Below are positions 1-10,000 of a stretch of DNA of 64,000 nucleotides, piece after piece. Source of the DNA: Candidatus Latescibacterota bacterium (GTDB lineage Bacteria; Krumholzibacteriota; Krumholzibacteriia; WVZY01); NCBI GenBank assembly GCA_963791045.1, contig CAWBQK010000018.1, positions 64,001-128,000 on the forward strand, in the 5' to 3' direction. The notes under the pieces are model-generated. The model did not search any database, was not told where the DNA came from, and worked only from the letters and a program-made list of their open reading frames with translations. Made by a program: the position numbers and the translations under genes. Each line of letters opens with the position of its first letter. Within the stretch, counting starts at the first letter, position 1.

Positions 1-1
1 C

Positions 2-88
2 CGCCTGTGGGACGAAGAGCGGCGGCGTATGGTTGGGTTTGCCAGGGTCGCGGAACTCGAGCGCGACGCCGCCCCGCACGCCGGATAA
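2..88 (+). CDS. 3' end of a gene running in from the left edge, probably a fatty acid desaturase
   Basis: Frame 2 reads RLWDEERRRMVGFARVAELERDAAPHAG*. LWDEExxRxVGF resembles the C-terminal motif of bacterial membrane fatty acid desaturases. Only 28 codons are visible. Confidence 0.45.
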   Translation, partial: RLWDEERRRMVGFARVAELERDAAPHAG

Positions 89-120
89 TCTCACACAGCC
101 AAATATTCACCTGCCAGCAC

Positions 121-3100
121 TTAGTGTGTCACGACAAACTTGCGTGACACCGCCATCTTTGGTGTCTCCAGCTTGAGGAAATACACACCGCTCGCGAGAG
201 TGCTCGCATCGAACTGGGCACTTCCTGATCCTGCCGGTATTTGCTCGTCCGCGAACACAATGGCCACGCGCCGTCCCAGAACATCGTAAATCGCCATCTC
301 GGCGACGGCGGGTTGATCCACACTGTAGTCGAATCGAACCACCCCGTTTGCCGGGTTCGGCACCGGCGGCTTGACCACCATTGGCGAGAACGACGGTGTG
401 TCATCTCCGATACCGGTTGGGACATTGTCACAGCCGTGGACACGCATATGAACGTACGGCGTGTAAAACCGGTCACCGGCGAGTCCGGCGTCATTGACCT
501 GTATCGCGCCGTACGGAGTGAACGGAAAGCCCGTTGAGTCTTCCCAGTGGGGAAGCTCATTCACATTCGCGCAGACGAATGAGATGTCGATCTCCTCTCC
601 GCCCGTCCACTCGAACGCCATCGGCACATCATGCCAGCGCATCCCCGGTCCCGATGTGTAAATCAAACTCTCGGCCATCAGCGCATCGCGACCGGTCTCG
701 GTGGCGCTGTAAATCCGTGCGAGCAGGATTTCGCCTTCGGGGATATCGGCCATCACGCCGAGACCGTAGACCTGGGTTGTGTTCATCGATTCGACGAAGG
801 CATCGTGGTCGAGGTTGCCACCGATCTGCGAGAATGGCGGGGGAATGCCGTCGGACGCTTTGGCCAGGTCGAAGGGATATCCACCGTTCGCGTAGTCATC
901 CCAGTTGATCCAGAAGTGGGGGATATTGGTCGAGAGGTATCCGTTGGATTCCGCCTTGCGAACTTCGATCACGCCGTCGACCGTGTCGGGAAGAGACACG
1001 TCGAATTGGTTGACGGCGGGATAGAACCCGTCTCCCTGGAACGACAGCTGCAGGTTGTAGTCCTGTCCGTTCTCGAGATTCGCATGAAGAAACACTTCGT
1101 GGGACGCCATCCCGCCGGTTTCCACGGTGGCGGCTCCGTAACAGACGTGATCACCCCGGGTGTTCCCGGACGCTTCATAAAGCCGTGCGTGAATCTCCGT
1201 GCCGCGAGACAGATCCGCCTCAAAACCAAGCGAGGTCAGACGCATGTTCTCGAGCGCCCCAACGAACAGGCCGAGCTGTGTGTCCGTGGCGGATGTCTCG
1301 TGTACCGGTCCGTCCGGCTGGAGGTCGGTGGTGTGCCCGGTCCATTCCTTCGACGTACTCGAGGCGAGAATCGTTATGTAGGGACACCAGTTTGTTCCTT
1401 CGGCGTCTCCGTTGAAGGCGCCCTCGCGGACACGAAGCAATCCCGCCACATCGTACGGGTATGTAACGTCGATCTCGTTTGCGTACGCGCGGTACAAAGA
1501 CGATGAAATCTCAAACGCGATCTCGTAATCCTGGCACGCCTCGAGTTCGATGCCGATCGGGATGAACTCGTGACCGAACACCGAATTCGGAGCATAAGAC
1601 GTGTTTTCCGCAAGAAGCGGTCCACGTGTATTGCCGTCGGCCTCGTAAACCCTGACGGTGAGCGGCTCGGTGGGCCCGGCAACATTGGGGTCGACTGCGC
1701 AAAGATCGATGTCCTCGAGCGCCGTGACAAAGAGGCTGTGTTCGCCAGCCATCTGTCCCGAATAGTAGGTTTCGACTTCGGGTTCGAGCCATACGACGGA
1801 GCCCCTGCATTCATACGGTTCAACGACGGCGAGGAGAAGCCACGCCAGGGGGGGGGTGGAGCCCGTGCAATTGACAAACGCGATGGTGCTGACGTGATTG
1901 CCCGGCTCTTTGTACCCGGCGAAACGGTTCAGCGAAAACGTGACGTCCTGTGACGCCCCGGGAAGAAGCTGCCCTCCAGTTATTGACGGTGTCAGCCAGT
2001 CCGCCGTGGTGTTTATATGCCAGTTCGCCATAGTCTCGCCCGCGTTCTCCACCGTGTAAGTGAAAGTGTTCGGCCAGAAGAACCCGTTTTCGAAGCCGGT
2101 GGATATTTGCATTGTCGAAGGCGTGATGGAAAGGTCGCTGTTGGCGAAATACGCGTACGCGCCAATCTTCGTCGTCCACGACGGCACCGGGTCGATCGAG
2201 GCGAATGCACCGTGGGTCCAGAATGTACGGCTGTCCGCGTGATCGAGCGCGACCCCCGAGTATGCCCCCCAGCGGTAGGGGTTGCCGGATGTCCCCCCTC
2301 CGCCGAGGGAGTAGTCGGCGACCCCGGCGGCAATTGTGCCGGATTCTATTGTCGAGAGAGGGAACATCGAAAGGATGTCGTAAATGAACGATGGGTACAT
2401 CACGTCGCTGCATGCCGCCGACGTAAGGATCAGATTGGAGTATTCATCCACATCGATCGCCGGAAAAGCGCGTGCGGTTCCGGGGTAGTTCATCCAGAAG
2501 GTGTTGGTGAGGAGGGCGGACGTACTAATCTTGTCGACGTAGACGGCCGACTTGTCACCCTCACCATATTCCTCAAGGGCGGCTCTCGCGCCGTAGAGAA
2601 TTCCTCCGCTGTACACCGCGTCCGTGTATCGGCAATCCAACGACCGGATAAATGTCCCGTTGGGTTGCTGCATTGCGGGTGGTGTCTCATATGGGTAAAT
2701 GCCTATCGAAAAACCATCGAGAACCGGCGACGAGACGGTGCCGGAGATCCTCCAAACCGTTCCAATGTTGCCGCCCTGGTACTTGTTATTGAGAAGATAT
2801 GTATAACCGGCCCATGAGTTCATCTGGGCGGGCCGAATCGCAAATGCAGCGGATGCATCGCCGGGGTTTGTGGAACCGGTGAATGAGGTGTAACTCACCG
2901 ATCCTGGTTGATACAAATCGTCCTTGGGGATAACCGAAATGGTTGTGCCTTTGAAGGAATACGTGCTGACATCGTACCTGTTATAGGTGATGTACAAGGC
3001 CTCTGGGTCATCGGCGATATACATATTGTCCGCAAAACCATTGGTCGGCGCGTTCCAGGAAATAATGTAGACGGCGAGCCACCCCTCCGTTGGATCGCTG

Positions 3101-3891
3101 GAGTTGGAAACAGCCACCCGTAGATAGGAATCGTTGGTCGACGTATTCAACTCCGTGAAGACGACAACCCAACGCCCCCGCCAGTCATCGTATATAACGC
3201 GGGGATCAAAAAAAGTGTTGCTCGATACCTGTCCGAAGTAGTCGAGGAATGTGCCTCCCTCGAGCCAGTTGCCGCATTTGTCGTATACGGCGACCATGTC
3301 GCTGGCAACAGCGACGAGATGCTCGGGGCCGACATCGATATCGGGGCTGGCGTTGGCGAAGCCGGTGAAGCCGATCGCGTTGAACTTGATCATGTCGCCC
3401 GAGACCATGCTTGCCGGCGCGACGGCCTCGCCCGCGGGAAATTTGGAGCCGGTGTTGCTCTTTTGAAAATCATTCGGAACGAATCGTTCTTCGGGGTTCA
3501 TTAGAGATGGTAATTGGGGAACCCGCGCCGCCATAAAGTCGGTAGGCCTCGTGGTACGTTTTGACCTGTCGACAACAACCGGGTGGCTTTCCATGGTCAT
3601 GGACTGGGGTTGGATGACGATGTCGGGTTCTCGCGCGGGAGTTCGCGCCTCGGCGATTAGTCTCGCCTGCCGGATGGCTTCGGCCCGTCTGCCGGGATCT
3701 TTTGGAAGCGGTGGGATGAGTTCGCCGTCCCTCCACCGGGCCTCGTCTGCTATTTCGTTTTTGTCAGAAGAATTTGATGCGGATTGTTCCTGGGCGGATG
3801 CGTTGTTCGTGGTGACGAATCCCACGCCGGCAAGGACGCCGGCTGCCAGTAGCAGGGAACAACATACCCAAAGACCACGCGTGTGTCTCAT
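121..3891 (-). CDS. Secreted multidomain protein (1256 aa): putative beta-propeller, BACON-like Ig domain, three ~150-aa beta-sandwich repeats, T9SS-type C-terminal sorting domain
   Basis: N-terminal signal peptide and GGGGG RBS. SPDIDVGPEH...FDPRVIYD domain; YTVENAG...WHINTTADWLT...GQLLPGASQDVTF is BACON-like. Three repeats share (A/V)R(V/L/I)Y.A....R. C-terminus PNPANG...IYDVLGRRV...LASGVYFLKL...RKFVVTH. Confidence 0.85.
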   Translation of the reverse strand: MRHTRGLWVCCSLLLAAGVLAGVGFVTTNNASAQEQSASNSSDKNEIADEARWRDGELIPPLPKDPGRRAEAIRQARLIAEARTPAREPDIVIQPQSMTMESHPVVVDRSKRTTRPTDFMAARVPQLPSLMNPEERFVPNDFQKSNTGSKFPAGEAVAPASMVSGDMIKFNAIGFTGFANASPDIDVGPEHLVAVASDMVAVYDKCGNWLEGGTFLDYFGQVSSNTFFDPRVIYDDWRGRWVVVFTELNTSTNDSYLRVAVSNSSDPTEGWLAVYIISWNAPTNGFADNMYIADDPEALYITYNRYDVSTYSFKGTTISVIPKDDLYQPGSVSYTSFTGSTNPGDASAAFAIRPAQMNSWAGYTYLLNNKYQGGNIGTVWRISGTVSSPVLDGFSIGIYPYETPPAMQQPNGTFIRSLDCRYTDAVYSGGILYGARAALEEYGEGDKSAVYVDKISTSALLTNTFWMNYPGTARAFPAIDVDEYSNLILTSAACSDVMYPSFIYDILSMFPLSTIESGTIAAGVADYSLGGGGTSGNPYRWGAYSGVALDHADSRTFWTHGAFASIDPVPSWTTKIGAYAYFANSDLSITPSTMQISTGFENGFFWPNTFTYTVENAGETMANWHINTTADWLTPSITGGQLLPGASQDVTFSLNRFAGYKEPGNHVSTIAFVNCTGSTPPLAWLLLAVVEPYECRGSVVWLEPEVETYYSGQMAGEHSLFVTALEDIDLCAVDPNVAGPTEPLTVRVYEADGNTRGPLLAENTSYAPNSVFGHEFIPIGIELEACQDYEIAFEISSSLYRAYANEIDVTYPYDVAGLLRVREGAFNGDAEGTNWCPYITILASSTSKEWTGHTTDLQPDGPVHETSATDTQLGLFVGALENMRLTSLGFEADLSRGTEIHARLYEASGNTRGDHVCYGAATVETGGMASHEVFLHANLENGQDYNLQLSFQGDGFYPAVNQFDVSLPDTVDGVIEVRKAESNGYLSTNIPHFWINWDDYANGGYPFDLAKASDGIPPPFSQIGGNLDHDAFVESMNTTQVYGLGVMADIPEGEILLARIYSATETGRDALMAESLIYTSGPGMRWHDVPMAFEWTGGEEIDISFVCANVNELPHWEDSTGFPFTPYGAIQVNDAGLAGDRFYTPYVHMRVHGCDNVPTGIGDDTPSFSPMVVKPPVPNPANGVVRFDYSVDQPAVAEMAIYDVLGRRVAIVFADEQIPAGSGSAQFDASTLASGVYFLKLETPKMAVSRKFVVTH

Positions 3892-3933
3892 GATTCCCCC
3901 CTTGGGTGCTGTGTGTGACGCTGAAATGTGTTA

Positions 3934-3949
3934 TGTGAATTATATCACA
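3934..3949 (-). promoter_or_regulatory. Extended -10 promoter (TGaTATAAT) inside a perfect CRP-type palindrome TGTGA-N6-TCACA
   Basis: TGTGA(3934-38) ATTATA TCACA(3945-49). The minus strand reads TGTGATATAATTCACA, about 45 nt upstream of the 3891 start. Confidence 0.65.
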
Positions 3950-3994
3950 AAAAAGGTGATGCTGGAATCACTTACACGCCCGCTGCCCGGCCTG

Positions 3995-4036
3995 AAAAAC
4001 GCAGAGGCGGCGGGGTCTAGCCCCGCCGCCTCTGCG
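3995..4036 (-). terminator. Intrinsic terminator of the giant gene
   Basis: Perfect 16-bp stem CGCAGAGGCGGCGGGG / CCCCGCCGCCTCTGCG with 5-nt loop. AAAAA at 3995-3999 gives a U-tract on the minus strand, 48 nt past the stop at 4084. Confidence 0.9.
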
Positions 4037-4083
4037 CCGTTCTATGGTTGCTTTGTTGGGTTGGTTTGTTGGTTTTGTTTTCG

Positions 4084-7000
4084 TTACTTGAGAATCACCA
4101 TCTTTCTGGTTTTGACAAACGCTCCGGCCTCGAGCTTGTAGAAGTACACACCGCTCGCGACCCGTGAGCCGTTGTTGTCATGACCGTCCCAGACCACCTT
4201 GTACACGTTTGGCTTCTTCTGCTCGTCGACCAGAGTTCTCACCAGGCGTCCGCCGACGTCGTAGACCCTGAGCCGAACGTCAACCGCATCGGGAACCTTG
4301 AACTGAATCGTGGTCGACGGGTTGAACGGGTTCGGGTAGTTCTGTGACAGGTCGAACACCTTTGGGAGTTCGGAGTACATTATGTCCGGCGTCTCGATCG
4401 GGATCACCCCGGCGTCGAGGATCTTGGCCTGGTTGATGTCCCGGGCGATCTTTCGCGCCGTCTTGTCGTTGATCGTGTTTCCGTCGTCAATCATGTTGTC
4501 GACAACAGTGATCGCCATCGAAACCGTCGCATTGTCGCGCGACGCCTTGTCGCCGAGATGGAGTTTGCCCGACGCAACGTTGAAGAGAAGCGAGAGAAGT
4601 TCCTGCTTCGCGTGCGCGAGTTCGGTCATCTTCCCCTTCAAGTTGAGCAGGTCCTTTGCCACGGTCAGCTTGTCGATGCATTCTCCAGATGACGGAGGCT
4701 GGTAGACTTCTACCGGGTTCATCCGGTTGGTGTTGAAGTGCGTCTCGATCAGATCGAGGTAGTCGCACAACATTGCCGCGTCGATTTCGGGATTGCCCTG
4801 GCCGGACAACGCGAGTCCAAGCTGATGCTTCCAGAAACTCATCTTCCGCGGATCCGGGATTATCGTCTCTTTTATCAAGTTGAATTCGATATCCAACTGC
4901 GTGCCCGGTTCATAGGTGATGAGAGTCTCCTCTGAAGCGACTGTATAGCCTAGTGGCGTCACGATGGTGAGGTTGTAGACGCCAAACGCAAGGTCAAGGA
5001 CATAAACGCCGTCGTCATCGGTGATCATCGTGGAGACCAGCTCACCCGTACCCAGTTCGAACGCGTCGATTTCGACGCCGGGAACCGGTGTCGCCGCTAC
5101 GGGTTCGTCGGTTACGACGCGCCCCGTTAGCTCAGTCTTCGTGCCGAAGACAGAGACGGTGTTGTCGCCGGAATTAGTCACGATGAAAGTGCCGTCGATT
5201 GGGCTGAATGCAATGTTCGACGGGTCTTCACCGGCAACGAGCGTATCGACTAGCGCCACCTCAAGCCGTGTGGGCGGAAGATCGGTCCCGTCCTCGATTA
5301 CACTGACCGCGTTCTTGACGGTGAGCGACGCGACGATGATGACATCGGTAGATTCCTGGATCAGGTAGAGAAGACCGCCGTCAGGTGATATGCCGACGGT
5401 TCTCGTTCCCGATCCGGTTGTTACGCCGGCGACGACCTGGTCTTGTGTAGGGCTGTCCGGATGGATGTCAAAAATGTTTACAACGCCTTCCGTCGTAAGC
5501 AGGATGAGGAATGCCCCATCGGGCGTTACCGCGACGGTTCGCGTCGCGCTCCCGGTGGTTACATTCGACACAACCGAATAACCCGAAACAGACATCACCA
5601 GGTACCCCGAGTCGGTTCCGAGGTACAACAAACCGCCGTCGGGTGTGATCGAAACAGTCCGCGTTCCCGTCGACGTTTTTGGGTTCGAGACAACCGAGTG
5701 GAATGTCACACTGTTCGGATCTGTGTCGAGAACACTCAGATCATTCGATCCATAATTGACCACGACAAGCCGATCACCGTCCGGCGTAATCGCGAGATCT
5801 GTGGGCGCCTGGCCGACACTGATGGCGTCGACGACGTGGTGCCGCTCCGGACTGGCGGGATCGATATCAAAGACTGTCACGGTTCCGTCGACATGGTTGG
5901 CGACATAACCAAGCGTTCCCTCCGGGTTGAGAGTGATTGCCACCGGGTTCTCACCTACAGGTATGCTCGGCCAGGCAATCAACTTTGTGAGGTTGATTGG
6001 AATGACCCTGTTCGCGTACGGACTCACCCCGTAAGCAAACGCCCCGTCCGGCGAGATCGCTACACTGCGTGTCGCAGAACTTGTCGATACGTTGGCGACC
6101 ACATCATCCGCACGAACCGCCTCGGGATCAATCACGGTGAACCCGACGGCGTTCGACGTATCGGGAATCTCGGTGTCGATCACGCGAACGGCGATGTAAC
6201 CGATCGGCGCGTCGAGCGGGACGATGGCGTCGATGAAGTCTTTGCCGACTTCACGAAGTGTCGCCTCGGAATAGTTGAAGATCACCTTGTTCAAAGAGGG
6301 GTCGGGGTTGAAGCTCGCTCCCGAAAGCACGAATGGTGCGCCCCTCGATCCGCTAGTCGGCGCGATGGATCCGAGCGTTATCGGCGGGAGCGCTTCGGTC
6401 ATGAATGTCGAGGTCACCGGTTGGTCCAGTGCGCCGCCGATTTCGTCGAGCACGCCCGTCGTAACCTCAATCATATATGTCGCCGTTGGTGCGAGTACCC
6501 GGCGCGGCGACAAGGAAACCCGCCGGTTGAAATCGGAGAACCCGATTACCACTGGTATCGGGACGAGATCGCCGTCGTGCAGGAATACGGTGGTGTCATC
6601 GATCGTCAAGGGATCCACGGGCCTGCTGAATGTCACCTGTATTGCTGTGGTAGCACTGACATACGTTTGCTGGTCCACGGGAGTTACCGACGTCACAGTC
6701 AGCGGAAGCGTCAGTGGATCGTCCAGGGCATCCGCTGTAAACGTGAGAGGCGATCCGACCAGGCCCGACGATGTCGCCTCGACCGTATGTGCGCCGAACC
6801 CGATAACGCCGCCGAGCCTCCACTCGACGCCGGCGATTCCTTCGTCATTTGTGGTTACCACATGCGTCGTAGAACCCGTGGCGTCAAAGTAGCCGCCGCC
6901 TGTTGTCACGGTGAATGTCACCGGCACGTCGGCGACGGAACCGCCCGATCCGCTTACCTGGACCTGGATGGGTCGGGGAAGCGGTTCGTCGATCACGCCC

Positions 7001-10000
7001 GTCTGACCATCGCCGGATAGAATCGCGATGCCCTGAACGGTGCTGAAGTCGTAGATAAGGAGATTGTCACTCGACTCCGAGAGGCTGTAGAACACCGACG
7101 CGTCTGGCGCATAAGCGTTATCCAGTGTGGAGAGGTGATCGGGAAGATCGCCGGCCTGCTGGATGAGCGCGAGGGCATCGGGATTCGTGGTGATGTCGAT
7201 ATTGAAGTACCCCTCTTCGAGGACACTTGCCACAGCGCGGTCGCCCCGCGGTGAAACATCGATATTGTCCGCAGACAACGGCGCCGCGCCCCCAAGAGGA
7301 AGCGTCGTCGTCATCACGGGCGCCGCCGGGTCGGAAGCATCGACCATCACGACCGAGCGGTTTGGTGCCGGTATATCTCCCGAGGTGAGTACCAGGCAGC
7401 GCTCGCCGTCCGGTGTGAAAGACAGGGAGACCGGAATCTCCTGGGGCGCCGCGCCGGGAAGCGTGAGCGTCGAAACAATCGTCTGATAGGCCGGGCTTCC
7501 CGGGTTAGTGTCCATCACGAGCACAACGGCCGGGTCGGAATCATGTACCGGGAGGTACACGTAATCGCCCCCCGGGTGGAATGCCATTTCGTGGACGATA
7601 CCGTTTATATTGCCGCTCGCCAGTGCGATCGACGCGACCACCTGGTATTCGGTCGGGGATTCGATCACGATATCGACGAAATGCACCTGGAAGGTGCCGA
7701 CGTCGGACACGAGAAGCCTGGTCCCATCGGGGCTCAATGCCACTCGGGAAATATCGGCGCCGGATATACCGGCGAAATCGATACCGCCGATGTCAGTGAG
7801 GAAATCACCGCCCAGCGGGTTGACATCGATAACTCTTACCGCGCCGGCGCTGGGGATCGCGACAAATGCGCGGTCGCCGTCGAGTGATATTGCAATGTCT
7901 CCGGCCTCTGCGCCAAGATCCACCGACCCCGAGTACTGGTGGTAGCCGGGTTTGTCGGGATCCGTCGCCATGATATGGAGGCCTCCGGTTCTGTCCCCGA
8001 TGGCGAGGAAAGCGCCGTCGGGAGCCGCACAGAGAACCGATCCACCGTCACCCGTGCCCGAGGGCGTGCCGGGGAGCGCCGCGGCGAGCCGGAGGGCATC
8101 GTCGAGTGTCGAACCAAGGACGTTGAAGAAGGAGGCGTTGGATCCGAGCGACGTTCCGTCGGTGTCGACCGCGATTACCGAGACGGGGCCGCTCGCCGCG
8201 CCGGTCGGTACCGAGACAACAACCGAACTCTCGGTCACCCGGTCGGGTGACGCGATGACATCGTCGAACGACACCACTATCTCCGAGTCGGCGACGAAAT
8301 CAGAACCCGAGAACACGAGTGTCGCTCCGACCGGCCCCGCTGATTTAGAAATTGTGGAAAGCGACGGGCCCAGTCCAATGGTGGTAACGACGAGCCGCTG
8401 CTCCGCTTCGGAGACGGTAAATGCATATTCGCCGTCGGACGAAATCTCGATATCGACGGGGTTGATCGGAAGCGGTATTGTCGCCGCGACCGTCCGGTAT
8501 GTCGGTGACGATTCGCGAAGATCAATCGCGTTCAATATGTTGAGTTCTCGGTTGACCGCGTGGGCAAACGCGCCGCCTGGTGTGACCGCGATGCCCCTCA
8601 ACGTCCCGCCGGTCCGGATGGTCTGGACGCAGACATAGTCGTCGAGCGACACAATATTCACTACACCTTCTTCGTCGGATACATATGCACGGTGACCCAC
8701 GGGATCAACCGCAACATCCCTGGGATCGGGGCCGACGGAGATTTCTCCAATAAGTGTCTTGGAGACGAGATCAAAAACGAGGAGCTTGCCCGTTCCGCTC
8801 AATGCGAGGAGACGTTCACCTGTGGGATCGGTAGTCATCTCGCCGCGGATGTTGGGGTCGGGCGTGAGAACACGTCCAACCTGGCTCAAGAAACTCGGGC
8901 TCGTTTCATCGACATCCCAGATCTGAATTTCGCCTTCATCGGTTGGAATGAACGCGTGGTTGCCCCGCGGGTTCACGAGAATGCCGCGCGGTCTTGCTCC
9001 AATCGGCGTTTCGCTGAGGATGCCGATCGAACCCGGCGTCGCATCGATGCGGTAGAGTGTTTCGGTTACCCAGCTCACACCGTAGACGCGGTTTCCCGCC
9101 GGATGTCGCGTCGAGGTCATTCAATCCCCCGGCAATCGGAAGCGATATCGCCGTGAGATATCCGCCTATCGAAGGATCGACCACAACCGCTTGGGCTCCG
9201 AGATCCGTGGCCATAAAGGCGTAGCTGGCGTCGGGCAGTATCGTGAGCGCCCGCGGCGTTTCGCCGAGGACCGTCACGCCCGATTCGAACCCTTTGGGAA
9301 CTTCGTCGGAAGAGAGGATCGTAAATTGAAGGTCGTTGCTCGCCAGTCCCTGTGTGTGATTGGTCACATTGACAACGCCCGAAGTTGCGCCGACGGGAAC
9401 GGTAACGACAAGCTGTGTGGCCGAGGCCTTGCTTATTTCAGCCGGAATTCCATTGAAAACGACTGTGTTGTTTGACGGCTCGGAATCAAAACCCTTTCCG
9501 TTGACCGAGACGATGATGCCTTCGATGCCTTTGCTCGGCGCCAGGCTCGTGAGCGCCACCGGTGGCTCGGCTTCGGTCACAAAGGTCATGTCGAACGGGG
9601 TTTCAATGCCGTTTCCGAAATTGTCCTGAAGCCCCGTATCGAGGGTCAACCTGTAGGTCGTCGAGAACTCGAGACCGACCGACGGAACGTATGCGATGAG
9701 CATGTCGTCGTTCAAGAACGCGGCGTTACCCAGAGCGAATTCTCCCGTGGCTTCATTGGTGAGACTGAAATTTCCCTGAAGAGTGGCGCTGTTCACGGGT
9801 TCGTCGAATGAAATCAGAATCGATCCGCCGATGGACACATCAGTGGCGTTGGCCTCGGGGACCGTCGAGACGATTTGCGGTCCGACGTCGTCGATATTGG
9901 TCGTAAAATCGGCGATCGTTCCCGGACCACCGGCGAAGACGGCCACAGCCGTTCTCGCCTCCGCATCATCATATTGGGATTCCGCCGCGTCCCACCATTC

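Noticed and set aside
5443-7020. 525-aa plus-strand ORF, and similar long antisense ORFs (e.g. 33563..35044, 53912..54856)
   Set aside because: They lie opposite well-supported genes, have no motifs, and are expected in GC-rich coding DNA.
9090-9097. GGGAAAC as a canonical -1 slippery heptamer
   Set aside because: The required shift is +1 (GGG AAA C in the upstream frame), so the -1 model does not fit.
4084-9120. Independent gene starting at ATG 9120
   Set aside because: It starts mid-propeller and lacks a signal peptide despite carrying a secretion CTD.
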